Origin: an uncultured Spirochaetota bacterium
GTDB lineage: Bacteria; Spirochaetota; Brevinematia; Brevinematales; JAOACQ01
DNA length: 64,000 nt
Assembly (NCBI GenBank): GCA_963783575.1
Contig: CAWAOD010000012.1
Location: forward strand, 1-64,000
Direction: 5' to 3'
The position numbers and the translations under genes were made by a program. Positions 49,399-60,555 of the stretch are shown in pieces. How positions within the stretch are numbered: position 1 is the stretch's first letter; each line of letters begins with the position of its first letter. A model generated the notes under the pieces. The model did not search any database. It was not told where the DNA came from and worked only from the letters and a program-made list of their open reading frames with translations.

Positions 49399-51201
49399 TT
49401 AAATATGATAAGTTCTTTTTATTTTCTCAAATGTTATAACATCGGCAACCCGTTCAAGATTTTGTTTCACCCTGATTATCTCATTATTAACTTCCGCTTC
49501 TTTTTCAAGAGAAGACATCATTTTTGATCCGGAAAAAAATGCCCCAATCAATAGACAAATTGATGTTATAATGTTAAGTATTTCACCAAAAGTCTTGTCC
49601 TGAAAAACACCGCTGATGTTAATCTTCTGATCCCAGAACGGCACGAAAAAACCATTTCTTACAAGAATTGAAGGATCAAGAGGCTTAAAGATCTTTTCCT
49701 GTGTTTTGTTAATTTCCGGATTATCAGGTTCCGGACGATATGTCTGGTATAATTGACCGGTTTTTTTGCCGAGATCAACCATTAAATTTGAAATTTCATC
49801 AACAATTTGAACCGCAAAAACCTCATCTTTTGTTAAATTACCCGAATCTATATTTTTCCTGACCTCCCTGAACCTATCAACTGAAACCTGTACCGATGCG
49901 ACAGCCATTTTTGATAATTGATTTTCCACAGTCTTGATCTTACTAAGTTCAAAATAAAAAAAATCCGGCGTAAAGACATTAATTTCACCCCAATTCTCAA
50001 TTCCAATACTTCTCGTTAAAAAAGGCTCAATTTCTTTATTAAAACGTATCATTAAATTATTTGTAAAAATCAACAGATTATCTTTATCCCTGTTATACCA
50101 AAACTTATCAAGGCCGGAACCGGATTCATAAAATGAAACAAGTAATGCGAATTTATATCTTTCTTTCCCTGTTTCATCCTTTCTAATAAATTGTTTTAAA
50201 AAATGGTTCATCTTTATAATATCTGATTTCTGATGTAATAAATCTTTTAAAATTTTTTCATTATCGCTGATATAGAAGTCTATTTTATTATTGATGGAAT
50301 CACTGCAGTCAAAGTTAAAATCATTTATTACTGCGCCTGATTTACGCTGAATAAGATCTTCCAGGCTGAAAAATTGACGAAAAATGACGATGTTAAGTCC
50401 TAGAATGATATGGTAGAGAGAATGCTGATCTCCGGAAGGCAAAAGAATTTTTTTTGTTAGAGTAACCACATGCTCAATATGAACATCCTGTTTTAAAAAG
50501 TCCCTCATAAACTCGCTCAAACACCGGCTAATAATATCCGGATATTCAGGTTGATAATTACAGATTAAAAACCTGGATTCAATTGATTTTATTTTTGCTA
50601 GAAATTGAATTTCATTATTATTATAAGTCAAATCTGTCCTGGAAATATCCTCACAAAGTTTCTTAAATTGGTTAAGTAGATTATATTCAAATTTTGTAAA
50701 AAGAGTCCATCCGGTTTCCAGAACCGGATTTATGTAATTTAGAAGGAGAGAGGCTTCTTTTTGCAAAGAAACAAGAAGATATTTCTTAAAGTTTAATTTT
50801 ACCGAAAATGCAGTCAAATGAAGAATTCGAGAATCTTTAGCGTAATTCCGGATTTTAAAATATTCTTTGAAGAAAAACTGGAAAAATTGTTTCTTATAGA
50901 TAGGTTTCTTTAAATAATTAATATTTTTATTAGCCGTTTCTTCAGTTGTAACATTATATCTTGTTAAAATTTCAGCAATTTCATTCTCATTAATAACAGC
51001 ATGTTCTTTGATAACAGACTTGTCTGAAGCGTCGATTTCCTGAATTCTCTTGATTTTATCATCCATGCTGATTTCACTGTTTAATACCTGAAAAACCAGT
51101 TCCTGAGCTTCATGGGAGCGGTTTTTCTTTAGTAATTTCCCGACTTTTATATAGACTTCGGCTTCAGTATCAAGTTTTTTACCCGGTACCTCTTCGGTCA
51201 T
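49399..51201 (-). CDS. Hypothetical protein
   Basis: 600-aa ORF with GGAGG RBS; no recognised motif. Confidence 0.75.
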   Translation of the reverse strand: MTEEVPGKKLDTEAEVYIKVGKLLKKNRSHEAQELVFQVLNSEISMDDKIKRIQEIDASDKSVIKEHAVINENEIAEILTRYNVTTEETANKNINYLKKPIYKKQFFQFFFKEYFKIRNYAKDSRILHLTAFSVKLNFKKYLLVSLQKEASLLLNYINPVLETGWTLFTKFEYNLLNQFKKLCEDISRTDLTYNNNEIQFLAKIKSIESRFLICNYQPEYPDIISRCLSEFMRDFLKQDVHIEHVVTLTKKILLPSGDQHSLYHIILGLNIVIFRQFFSLEDLIQRKSGAVINDFNFDCSDSINNKIDFYISDNEKILKDLLHQKSDIIKMNHFLKQFIRKDETGKERYKFALLVSFYESGSGLDKFWYNRDKDNLLIFTNNLMIRFNKEIEPFLTRSIGIENWGEINVFTPDFFYFELSKIKTVENQLSKMAVASVQVSVDRFREVRKNIDSGNLTKDEVFAVQIVDEISNLMVDLGKKTGQLYQTYRPEPDNPEINKTQEKIFKPLDPSILVRNGFFVPFWDQKINISGVFQDKTFGEILNIITSICLLIGAFFSGSKMMSSLEKEAEVNNEIIRVKQNLERVADVITFEKIKRTYHI

Positions 51202-51418
51202 TTAACCTCCGGCATTTTCGATATCTTTTCAGTGATTTCTAAAATTATTATGATTAGACCGTAAAATAACTTTTTTTATAAAAATGATCATGTTAAAACT
51301 GGAATGATTTTAATATTTTGATTACTAAAATTTTAATGATTTTCAATTTTATAAAATAAACATCTTTTTGTCAAAAAAAACAAGCAATTTCAGCGATTAT
51401 GTTTTGGCTATAAATATT

Positions 51419-53047
51419 TTATAAAAATTCAATCAAAGAAGGTTCATAATCATCGGGTTTTTCATAGCCCAAAAAGTTGCAGATTGTAGCCGCAATGTTT
51501 GCAAGACCTTTGACCGGAAGATCCGCCATTTTGTATTCATTTTGATATTGCGGGTCAACAATAATAAATGGGACAGGATTTAGAGTGTGCGCAGTTTTAA
51601 CACTCCGCTTTCCGTCTTTTTCTGTAAACATTTCATCGGCATTTCCATGGTCGGCGGTAATAAAAGTGACTCCTCCAAGGCTACTGACAGTATCAATCAA
51701 TTTTGCCACACAATCATCAACTGTTTCAACAGCTGTAATTGAAGCTTCCATATTTCCGGTATGCCCAACCATATCACCATTTGCCAGGTTAAGCCTGCCG
51801 AATTTGTATTTGCCTGATTTCAGCAATTCAATGGTTTTTGCTGTGATCTCAACAGCCTTCATTTTTGGAGCTTTATCAAATTGAATTTTATCCGAAGGAA
51901 TTTCAATATAAGTTTCCAGTTTTTCATTTATATAACCAGATTTGTTGCCGTTCCAGAAGTATGTTACATGGCCGAATTTCTGGGTTTCCGAGATCGCAAA
52001 TGAAGTAACTCCCTGCGCGCAAAGATATTCTCCAAGCGTTCTGTCAATCTCCGAAGGCTGTACAAGAAAATTCTTCGGCAGGTGAAGATCCCCGTCATAT
52101 TGCATCATACCTGCATAATAAACCTCGGGTCTTTTTACCCTGTCGAATCCTTTAAAATCATCATTCTCAAATGCCATACTGATTTCTATCGCCCTGTCTC
52201 CCCGGAAATTAAAAAATACAACGCTGTCGCCATCAGATATTTTGCCAATTGGATTTCCGTTTTCCGCAATAACAAATGATAGCAGGTATTGATCCGTAAT
52301 TTTAGGGTCTTCATAATAATATGTTTCAACAGCTTCATGAGCCGATGAAAATTGCCTGCCTATCCCCAGCACATGAGCTTCCCATCCCAGTTTGACGACA
52401 TTCCAATCCGCGAAATACCTGTCCATTGTTGTGACCATCCTACCGCCCCCGGAACCGATACGGTAATCGAACCCGCCTTTCGCAGAAATTGATTTTAATA
52501 ATAATTCAAGTTTATTTATGTATATCAAAGCCGATTTCTCAGGAACATCCCTGCCGTCAAGAAGGGGGTGAACCCTTAATCTTTTTACACCATTCTCCAC
52601 CGCCTTGTGAATCATTGTGAAAAGCTGGTCAATATGCGAATGAACATTACCATCCGACAGAAGGCCTATGAAATGAAGCGTTCCTTTATTGTTCCCGCAT
52701 CTTGAAATTAAGTTCTTCCAGACATCGGTTTTAAAAATGCTTCCGTCGGCAATTGCCTGGTTAACCCTTTTTGCCCCCTGGGCAAAAACCCTTCCTGCCC
52801 CAAGGGCGTTATGGCCGACTTCACTGTTCCCCATATCATCGTCGGAAGGCAGGCCAACGGAAACTCCATGAGCTTGAAGTGTTGTATAAAGTTCGCTTTT
52901 AAAGAGTTTTTCAAGAATAGGTTTTTTTGCCATATATACCGCATTTCCCGGGTATTCTTTGCCGATTCCGATCCCATCCATTATAATTAGCAGAACCGGG
53001 CCTTTGCGGCCTTTAAATCCATTTAATTTCTTCAAATCAAAACTCAT
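51419..53047 (-). CDS. gpmI: 2,3-BPG-independent phosphoglycerate mutase
   Basis: MGNSEVGH, SDGNVHSH, DGRD, NFRGDR, DMVGHTG, TADHGNA, TAHT. Confidence 0.95.
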   Translation of the reverse strand: MSFDLKKLNGFKGRKGPVLLIIMDGIGIGKEYPGNAVYMAKKPILEKLFKSELYTTLQAHGVSVGLPSDDDMGNSEVGHNALGAGRVFAQGAKRVNQAIADGSIFKTDVWKNLISRCGNNKGTLHFIGLLSDGNVHSHIDQLFTMIHKAVENGVKRLRVHPLLDGRDVPEKSALIYINKLELLLKSISAKGGFDYRIGSGGGRMVTTMDRYFADWNVVKLGWEAHVLGIGRQFSSAHEAVETYYYEDPKITDQYLLSFVIAENGNPIGKISDGDSVVFFNFRGDRAIEISMAFENDDFKGFDRVKRPEVYYAGMMQYDGDLHLPKNFLVQPSEIDRTLGEYLCAQGVTSFAISETQKFGHVTYFWNGNKSGYINEKLETYIEIPSDKIQFDKAPKMKAVEITAKTIELLKSGKYKFGRLNLANGDMVGHTGNMEASITAVETVDDCVAKLIDTVSSLGGVTFITADHGNADEMFTEKDGKRSVKTAHTLNPVPFIIVDPQYQNEYKMADLPVKGLANIAATICNFLGYEKPDDYEPSLIEFL

Positions 53048-53148
53048 TTTCTCCTCCAATAATCCTTCTTAAATTATAAAATATAGAATATTTTAATGAA
53101 AATTTGAAAATTTAGCTATTTTAGGGAGCCTTAGCTTGAAACAATCGA

Positions 53149-54135
53149 TCAAAAATGGCTGAAGCTCTTTCTGATATTTGATAATTCAACCGGTTTGCCT
53201 TTCATTGTAAGCGAATATCCCTTTTCTGTCATCTTCCCGATTGAAGTCACCGCAACACCGGTAATTTCAAAAACCTTGCGAATATCTATAATTTCCCGGC
53301 TGGTAAAAATAAGTTCATAATCCTCTCCTCCGGAAAGAGCTAATTCAATAAAATACATTTCATCTTTTTCAAAGGATTGACCGATTTTTTCCCTTGAAAC
53401 TGGTATTTTTTCCAGAGTCAGTTCAAAACCCATTCCGCTCATTTCAGCTATGTGGGTTAAGTCCCCCAATAAACCGTCGCTCACATCTATGCAGGAATTA
53501 ATATTATAATTTTCTTCCAGGTATTTGATAAGCTCAACTCTCGGAGTTGGAAGATAATGTCTATTTATAAAATAATCATGATCCGATACCGGGTACTTCA
53601 GATTATTTTGAATTTCAGCAAGTCCAACAGCGCTGTCACCGACCGATCCCGTGACATAAATATAATCACCCGGTTTTGCTCCGCTTCTTAAAAGCGGTTT
53701 ATCAAAGGCTTCACCTATTATTGTAACGGAAATGAAAAAAGTACCGGAGAATACAGTATCACCTCCGGTCAGGTCAAACGGAAATATTTTTCTGGTTCTA
53801 TTTATTCCGTTAAAAAATTCTTCAATCTGCCGGTCGTTAATTCTTCCGGAAATCCCGAGCGTCAGAAGCGCATAAAGCGGCCTGCCCCCCATTGCGGCGA
53901 TATCGCTTATGTTAACAGCCATCGATTTGTACCCGAGATCGGAAAAATCTATTTTATCCGAAATAAAATGAACACCGTCTACCAGGGCATCGGTTGTGAC
54001 CAGAAATTTATTATTTTTGAGCTTCCGGCAGTCAATAACGGCGGCGTCATCTCCAATCCCTAAAGTACCGGTAAGCTTAACCGGAAATTGAGTCTTAATT
54101 TTCTCAATTAGCTCAAACTCGCTTAAATGTATCAT
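53149..54135 (-). CDS. thiL: Thiamine-monophosphate kinase
   Basis: GIGDDAA, NISDIAAMGG, DVSDGL, GGEDYEL. Confidence 0.95.
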   Translation of the reverse strand: MIHLSEFELIEKIKTQFPVKLTGTLGIGDDAAVIDCRKLKNNKFLVTTDALVDGVHFISDKIDFSDLGYKSMAVNISDIAAMGGRPLYALLTLGISGRINDRQIEEFFNGINRTRKIFPFDLTGGDTVFSGTFFISVTIIGEAFDKPLLRSGAKPGDYIYVTGSVGDSAVGLAEIQNNLKYPVSDHDYFINRHYLPTPRVELIKYLEENYNINSCIDVSDGLLGDLTHIAEMSGMGFELTLEKIPVSREKIGQSFEKDEMYFIELALSGGEDYELIFTSREIIDIRKVFEITGVAVTSIGKMTEKGYSLTMKGKPVELSNIRKSFSHF

Positions 54136-54264
54136 AATTGTTCATCCTTTAAGTTAATAATATAATAATTATAATACAATTCCAAAAGTTTTGAAAATTA
54201 ATTAACTCCGTGAATTTGACAAACATTAAAAACCCCATTAAAATATTTCTACGATTTTTCCCAC

Positions 54265-54346
54265 GGACGGGTACCCGAGTGGCCAAAGGGGGCAGACTGT
54301 AAATCTGCTGGCATCGCCTTCGGTGGTTCGAATCCACCCCCGTCCA
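54265..54346 (+). tRNA. tRNA-Tyr(GTA)
   Basis: GGACGGG stem, CT-GTA-AA loop, variable arm, GTTCGAATCC. Confidence 0.95.
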
Positions 54347-54383
54347 ATCATTATATAATAAATTTCGTTCCATAACTAGGTTA

Positions 54384-54460
54384 AACCGGGTCAAGCAGCC
54401 TGCCTGGCCTGCCTACGCCGGGATCTCCGGCAGGTAGACGGCAGACAGGTCACATTTGTT
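54384..54460. repeat. REP-like element with two nested insertions
   Basis: Reverse complement matches the 14896 element plus a 31-bp insert also seen at 13343-13373. Confidence 0.8.
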
Positions 54461-54498
54461 AAAATAATTAAATTCGGCTAGAATTCGTTAATATGAAG

Positions 54499-54975
54499 TT
54501 AAACTTGTAGATTGCGGCTTATGTAGCCGCTATAGTCTTCGATTATTGGTGTGTATTTAACGTTCATTAAAGATGAGGAAATCATGTAATCTGCAGTCGA
54601 GCGGTTACATGCCGTCGGAACATTATAAACTACTGCAATTCGAAGGAGTGCCTTTACATCAACATCATGAGGCTGCGGTTCCATAGGATCCCAAAGAAAT
54701 ATAATCAAATCAATCTTCCCTTCAGCTATCATTGAACCAAGCTGCTGATCACCCCCAAGTGGTCCCGATTTAAGCTTTATAATATCATAACGCTGTGTCG
54801 TATTCAATTCTTCTGCGAGTTTTTTCTTTAAAGCCTCTTCAACCAGAATACCGGTTGTTCCTGTACAGATTAATTTATGCGGTATAATGTTCTTCCAGTT
54901 AAATTCCAGCCATTCGATCAAATCTTTTTTCTTATTATCATGAGCAACAAGAGCGATCCTTTTATAATTATCCAT
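54499..54975 (-). CDS. mgsA: Methylglyoxal synthase
   Basis: ALVAHDNKK, TGTTG, SGPLGGDQQ, PHDVDVKALLR. Confidence 0.95.
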   Translation of the reverse strand: MDNYKRIALVAHDNKKKDLIEWLEFNWKNIIPHKLICTGTTGILVEEALKKKLAEELNTTQRYDIIKLKSGPLGGDQQLGSMIAEGKIDLIIFLWDPMEPQPHDVDVKALLRIAVVYNVPTACNRSTADYMISSSLMNVKYTPIIEDYSGYISRNLQV

Positions 54976-55082
54976 ATTGACTCCCGCTATAATTTAAATA
55001 TTAATTCTGCATTCGTCAATACAGAAATTCCAATTGATATAAAAATATTTTTATATACTTATAATAATCTTTTTTACAACTA

Positions 55083-55111
55083 TTGACAATCGCAAAATAT
55101 TATAATATAAT
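55083..55111 (+). promoter_or_regulatory. Consensus sigma-70 promoter
   Basis: TTGACA-N17-TATAAT. Confidence 0.75.
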
Positions 55112-55290
55112 ATTAACGGTGGGTGGAATACATGTCATGTGTTCTGCCCTTTTTTATTTTAATTGTCAAATATCGTTATGAGATTCTCATTAGTTGGTTA
55201 ATATTTATCGGTAAAATATAGAATTGTGTATTTCTGTTATATGACTTCAAAAAGTAAGTTATAATAATTTCATATATCAGGAGAGTAATT

Positions 55291-56076
55291 ATGAATAGTC
55301 ATTTAAACAGTTACGGCTGGCTTCCGGACCTTCCGGATCATCGCGATCTGACTTACGCAGCTCCCGCTAAAATATTGGCCAAACTACCTCCGAAAATGGA
55401 TTTGCGGAAAAACTGCCCGCCTGTTTATGATCAAGGACAACTTGGAAGCTGTACGGCAAACGCTATTGGTGGAGCATTTGAATTTGAGCTGAATAAACAG
55501 AAAGCCCCGGATTTTATGCCATCCCGGCTCTTTATTTACTACAACGAGAGAGCGATCGAAAATACGGTAAATAGTGACAGCGGGGCCCAGATTCGGGATG
55601 GTATCAAAACTGTAAACAAGCTGGGTGTTTGCCCCGAAAAAATTTGGCCTTATAATACCAGCGAATTCACTCAAAAACCGCATGCCGTCTGTTATACCGA
55701 CGCTTTAAAACATCAGGTTATTTCCTATCAGAGAATCATCACCGATATCAATCATATGAAGGGATGCCTTGCCGAAGGCTATCCTTTTGTTTTCGGATTT
55801 ACAGTTTATGAAAGCTTTGAGAGTAGTGCTGTTGCCCAAACCGGTATTGTCAATCTTCCTCAAAAAAAAGAAAAAGTCCTGGGCGGGCATGCAGTAATGG
55901 CAGCCGGATACGATGACGCCTCACAGCGTTTTATAGTCCGCAACAGCTGGGGGATAAACTGGGGACAGAGCGGTTATTTTACAATGCCTTACGCTTATTT
56001 AACAAACCCCAACCTGGCGGATGATTTCTGGACGATCAGGCTTGTGGAAGTAAACCCGGCGGTGAAGAAGAAATAA
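55291..56076 (+). CDS. Papain-like C1A cysteine peptidase
   Basis: DQGQLGSCTAN, GGHAV, RNSWG. Confidence 0.93.
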   Translation: MNSHLNSYGWLPDLPDHRDLTYAAPAKILAKLPPKMDLRKNCPPVYDQGQLGSCTANAIGGAFEFELNKQKAPDFMPSRLFIYYNERAIENTVNSDSGAQIRDGIKTVNKLGVCPEKIWPYNTSEFTQKPHAVCYTDALKHQVISYQRIITDINHMKGCLAEGYPFVFGFTVYESFESSAVAQTGIVNLPQKKEKVLGGHAVMAAGYDDASQRFIVRNSWGINWGQSGYFTMPYAYLTNPNLADDFWTIRLVEVNPAVKKK

Positions 56077-56200
56077 ATTACAGCAATCCTAATATAGGGA
56101 AAAATGGCATGCAATACTATATTTTTTTTAATTTGGTATAGTTAAGGGTGTTATAAAGCTGAGTTTTTGACAATACGTATTAATATAGGAGGAGAATGTA

Positions 56201-57988
56201 ATGGTGATAAAAATATGGTATATCCCTATTCTTGTTATTACTCTTATTTCATTATATGGCTATGGATATTCTGAATCTCTTTTTAATATGTCTTTGAGAT
56301 GGCAGACTAATTTAGAAACGATTAAAGGCCTTGATATAAGATCTAATACTATATCTAGCATTCTATCAGATATCTATAACAATAAAAGTGATATACAAGT
56401 ATTGGATTCATTAATTACCAGTGAAATTAGTGTAGGTAAGAAAATAGATAATATAAGTAATAAAGCTTCAAAAAATGCGATAAAAAATTTAGTTACTGAA
56501 AATTATACAGGAATACCCACACAAACTCCTCAAGAAAATATTGAAACCGCAATCCTTTGGGGTTTGACTGATTTTATTGTGGACAGGGCAAAACAGGAAA
56601 TTATTTTAACCTTAATTATGGAATTACAAAACAACCCTATTTTTACTAATTATATGCCTAATACTTATAAAATACTTCCTATTGCTGATTCAATGAATTT
56701 TAAATATATGTTAAATACCCTTCAACAATCTGCAATAAAAGACTTTAATGAACTGCCTGATAATATTTATAAATATAATTCTTCTAATTCTAATTTTAAT
56801 AAAATTCTTTATAGTCTGAAGCTTTTTTGGGATATATCCTTATCTTTACAAAAAGGTAGTTCTCCATCAAATGTTCTAAATGCTATAGATTGGTCTGAAC
56901 TATACAAAGTATTTCCAAGTGATAAACTTAAAAAATTGATTTCTATGATCGATTCTTTTTCTGACAACAATAAAATTTCTATTAGCCTTGACGATTATCA
57001 AAGTCTTAATGACACAGGAGAGCAAATATTCCTTTGTATTCTACATAATAATGATACTAATTTATTTTCATATTCTTTAGATGAAATAAAAACGGATCAT
57101 GACAAATTGATGGAGCCATTGTCTGATTTATTAGATTTTTTTGGTACAATTGAAGACCAATATAATGATATTCAGGAATTGATAACAGATACAAATAAAA
57201 AAATAGAAATGAAAAATGATATAACAGAATATATAAATAATGATATTGACATTATACGTTTATTGATTTCAACTTTTTCTAATCAAAATGATAGTCAAGT
57301 AATTGAGTGTCTGACATTATTAGATGATTCCAAAAATATTTATAATGATATTTGCAATCACGACTATAGTTCAATAGTTTTACAAAGTTACCAAATCCTT
57401 TTGGAAATTGATCCAAAAATAAATAATAGTGATAAAATGAAAGAATTCGTTAGATACTCGTCAATGATTGCAAGTATGGCTTCAGCCTCTAACTCCAATC
57501 AAGTTCAAGAAATATTGGATAATACAGCATTACCTGCCGGAAGTTTCAGACAAAAATTCCAAACTCCCTGGTCAATTACTCTAAATGCATATCTAGGTCT
57601 TAATTTTGGATACGAACAAACAATAGATCCGTCAATAAATTATGGAGGATTTGTATTTGGAATTACTGCACCGGTGGGTATTGAATTTGATTGGAAATGG
57701 TTCGGGATATATATACCAATAATCGATGTTGGTGCTTTAGCAAGTGCCCGTATATATGGTGGTACTAATATTTCAACCAGTTCCGTTATTGGATTCCAAC
57801 AGGTATTATCACCGGGTTTATTTGTTAGATTTGGATTTAATGATTTACCACTAGCAATTGGTATAGGAGGGCAATACTGCCCTCAATTACGGGAATATCT
57901 TTATAATTCCGACTCATCAAAACAAAATATTGATGTATGGAGAGTTGTAGCATTTGTGGCTATTGACATACCAATACTAAATTTTTGA
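56201..57988 (+). CDS. Exported hypothetical protein
   Basis: Signal-like N-terminus, helical middle, beta-strand-rich C-terminus ending in Phe; low GC. Confidence 0.7.
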   Translation: MVIKIWYIPILVITLISLYGYGYSESLFNMSLRWQTNLETIKGLDIRSNTISSILSDIYNNKSDIQVLDSLITSEISVGKKIDNISNKASKNAIKNLVTENYTGIPTQTPQENIETAILWGLTDFIVDRAKQEIILTLIMELQNNPIFTNYMPNTYKILPIADSMNFKYMLNTLQQSAIKDFNELPDNIYKYNSSNSNFNKILYSLKLFWDISLSLQKGSSPSNVLNAIDWSELYKVFPSDKLKKLISMIDSFSDNNKISISLDDYQSLNDTGEQIFLCILHNNDTNLFSYSLDEIKTDHDKLMEPLSDLLDFFGTIEDQYNDIQELITDTNKKIEMKNDITEYINNDIDIIRLLISTFSNQNDSQVIECLTLLDDSKNIYNDICNHDYSSIVLQSYQILLEIDPKINNSDKMKEFVRYSSMIASMASASNSNQVQEILDNTALPAGSFRQKFQTPWSITLNAYLGLNFGYEQTIDPSINYGGFVFGITAPVGIEFDWKWFGIYIPIIDVGALASARIYGGTNISTSSVIGFQQVLSPGLFVRFGFNDLPLAIGIGGQYCPQLREYLYNSDSSKQNIDVWRVVAFVAIDIPILNF

Positions 57989-58124
57989 ACGTGTTGAAAT
58001 CATCCCCAATATAATAGTTTTGTCTGTTATATCTTTACTAACAAATAACTTCATTAATGTCTTTCTTCAATGGTTCATTAAATAATATTCCAAGTAATAT
58101 TATAAACATTTAAAGGAGGATTCT

Positions 58125-59027
58125 ATGAACAACCCAAACCCCCCAACTCCAAAAGGATCAAAGCTTCGTAAGCATGAAATCGCGATTCCCCATCTTGAGG
58201 ACTTATTGTGGGATGCTCCGAATGCCGTTAAATCAATTCAAACTATATACGACTATCTTCGGGATGATGCTTTATCATCTATAAACTGGTATACCAGGCA
58301 GAGGAAAAAAAAGCGTTTTTGGGCTATCTCTATTAGAAACATTTCCGTTGTTCTTGCTGGTATTGGAGCAATCATTCCATTGATATCCACTGTATTAAAT
58401 AACAAAATTAGTTTAGGAATAGATTCTGGTATTATAGTAACCATTGTTCTCGCTTTAGCTGGCGGATTAATACTTTTTGATAAAATTCTGGGCATATCAA
58501 GCGGCTGGATACGTTATATAAAAACAGAATTGAAAATAAGGCAGGCACTTGAACTGTTCGAACTTGACTGGGAAGCACAGCGGGCTTCATGGCTTGGAAA
58601 TCCACCGTCATCCGGTCAGATTGCTTCAATCTTACAGAAAGCTACAAATTTTGCTTCCGAACTGAATAATTTTATCAGTGATGAGACAAATGCATGGATT
58701 GAAGAATTTCAAAACTCTTTGAAACAAATCGATGATATGGTTAAGATTCGTTCTGCAGAAGCGCAGACACGATCCGATTCTGAAAAACCAGGTTTGGTAA
58801 ATCTGACAGTGACAAATGGTGATCAGTCGAATGGCGGCTGGAAGCTTTTAATTGACGATAATATTGTAAACACATATAATAATAAATCCGCAGTTTTACA
58901 AAGCCTTAAGCCCGGGCCGCATGTAATTAGAATTGAAGGGAATATAAGCGGTAAACCAGTAAATTCGGAAAAAGCTTTCAGTATTCCGGCCGGGGGAATT
59001 ATATCCTTAGAAATTGTATTAGAATAA
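58125..59027 (+). CDS. SLATT-domain two-TM protein with C-terminal beta domain
   Basis: A..SINWY..RKKKR, two TM helices, DK..G.SSGWIRY..TE..I. Confidence 0.75.
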   Translation: MNNPNPPTPKGSKLRKHEIAIPHLEDLLWDAPNAVKSIQTIYDYLRDDALSSINWYTRQRKKKRFWAISIRNISVVLAGIGAIIPLISTVLNNKISLGIDSGIIVTIVLALAGGLILFDKILGISSGWIRYIKTELKIRQALELFELDWEAQRASWLGNPPSSGQIASILQKATNFASELNNFISDETNAWIEEFQNSLKQIDDMVKIRSAEAQTRSDSEKPGLVNLTVTNGDQSNGGWKLLIDDNIVNTYNNKSAVLQSLKPGPHVIRIEGNISGKPVNSEKAFSIPAGGIISLEIVLE

Positions 59028-59067
59028 AATTCATCAACTATCTTAAATCTTTAACAGGAGTTGTTAT

Positions 59068-60456
59068 ATGTCAAAAATCAATGTCTGGACATTGAATGCT
59101 GCCGAAGGGCTTTTACCCGATCCTAACAGTCTTCTGAGCAATCTGACTTATACCACAGAAAGTTCGCAAAGGGGTGATGATCCTTGGGTCTTTAACTGGG
59201 ATGAAATCCAGGGCGGAATACGCAAAACCTTTGATGATCCTTCCCTGACTTATTCGGGAAGCGACCCGGTTATGAAATTTTTCTGGACGAACAACAACAA
59301 TCCGCATAATCTTATGCCTGATACCGAATATTTTGTACCAATAGCAGCCAAGTGCATTGGAAGCCGTTTTGATAGGACCGGTGATTTTCCCGATTTAATC
59401 CCTGTTAAAAATTTTTACTATAGTGAATGGAAAACAGCATTCCCTGATGGCGGTGAACTGTATAAAGTTTTCTGGGATATGGGATGCGGGCCGGGAAAAT
59501 TGTCCAAAATGATTACAAAAAATTATACTGGATATTATGACATACTTAAGCAAAGCGGCGATAAGCATATACTTATCGGCTACAGCCAGGGCGGCCTTGT
59601 TGCTCGTTACCTCGCTTGGCTTGACGAATATATTTTTAAAGAAAATCTAATAAAAGGCATTATAACAATAGCCTCGGCAAATTTCGGCTCACCGCTCGCT
59701 AATCCTGATAACCGAGAAAATATTACCGACCAGATTATAGCAATCCTTATACAAATCCTGGTAAGCAATGAATCGATGCGCAATGCATTGACCGGGAAAC
59801 TTCAGGAGAAAATCAATTTTTCGGATGTAATCTCGGCACTACGTTATCTTATAAGCATTACACCCCCGGATCAGGAGAAAGACCTTTTCGGAACCCTTGT
59901 TTCGGCTTTTAAATGGCTGAGCGGCCTGGACGCCAATGACCCCGACTGCAAGGCGATCAGCTTTATAGATCTCAATATTATGAATATCGAAAAAAATCCT
60001 GTTTCAGTACTTGCTTCCGTCAATAAAAAACCTTTATCAAGGATTATTCAGGGTGCTCTTCAAAACGGGGATAACCGAGCAGATGATATGCTCAGCGGCA
60101 TTAACGGCTTTTTATCAATTTTGACTCCTTCAAATATAAAAGATATGGTTACTGAAACATATAAAAGCAATATTATGAAGGAAACAACCGCGGTCATAAC
60201 CGATAATACGGTGAAAGATAAAATAGCCTCTTATTATGTAAACAGCAATATTCCCACCAAAGGCCATGATTTTGTTATCCCATCGGTTTATGAAAAAATT
60301 GACAGTGCAGGCAACAATTTCCTGGGAAACATTTTCAACGGAAAAACAAATCATATTACAGGCTGTAAAAGCTCTTTCCAGGGCGGTAATCTAATACCTC
60401 TGCGGAATATGCTTCGAGATATGAGAACAAAATTGAAAAATCAAGGCATGCTATAA
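59068..60456 (+). CDS. Alpha/beta hydrolase (lipase-like)
   Basis: LIGYSQGGLVARY nucleophile elbow, ITIASANFGSPLA, HDFVIP, NH. Confidence 0.8.
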   Translation: MSKINVWTLNAAEGLLPDPNSLLSNLTYTTESSQRGDDPWVFNWDEIQGGIRKTFDDPSLTYSGSDPVMKFFWTNNNNPHNLMPDTEYFVPIAAKCIGSRFDRTGDFPDLIPVKNFYYSEWKTAFPDGGELYKVFWDMGCGPGKLSKMITKNYTGYYDILKQSGDKHILIGYSQGGLVARYLAWLDEYIFKENLIKGIITIASANFGSPLANPDNRENITDQIIAILIQILVSNESMRNALTGKLQEKINFSDVISALRYLISITPPDQEKDLFGTLVSAFKWLSGLDANDPDCKAISFIDLNIMNIEKNPVSVLASVNKKPLSRIIQGALQNGDNRADDMLSGINGFLSILTPSNIKDMVTETYKSNIMKETTAVITDNTVKDKIASYYVNSNIPTKGHDFVIPSVYEKIDSAGNNFLGNIFNGKTNHITGCKSSFQGGNLIPLRNMLRDMRTKLKNQGML

Positions 60457-60555
60457 AAAAGGTAACAAGAAGCATTCTTTATTTTTTAGTAGCATTAGTT
60501 TATAATTATTACTTCCACAATATTATAGTCGATACAACAATCAGGGGTTTTTATA

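Noticed and set aside
54149..54394. 81-aa minus-strand ORF
   Set aside because: Antisense to tRNA-Tyr.
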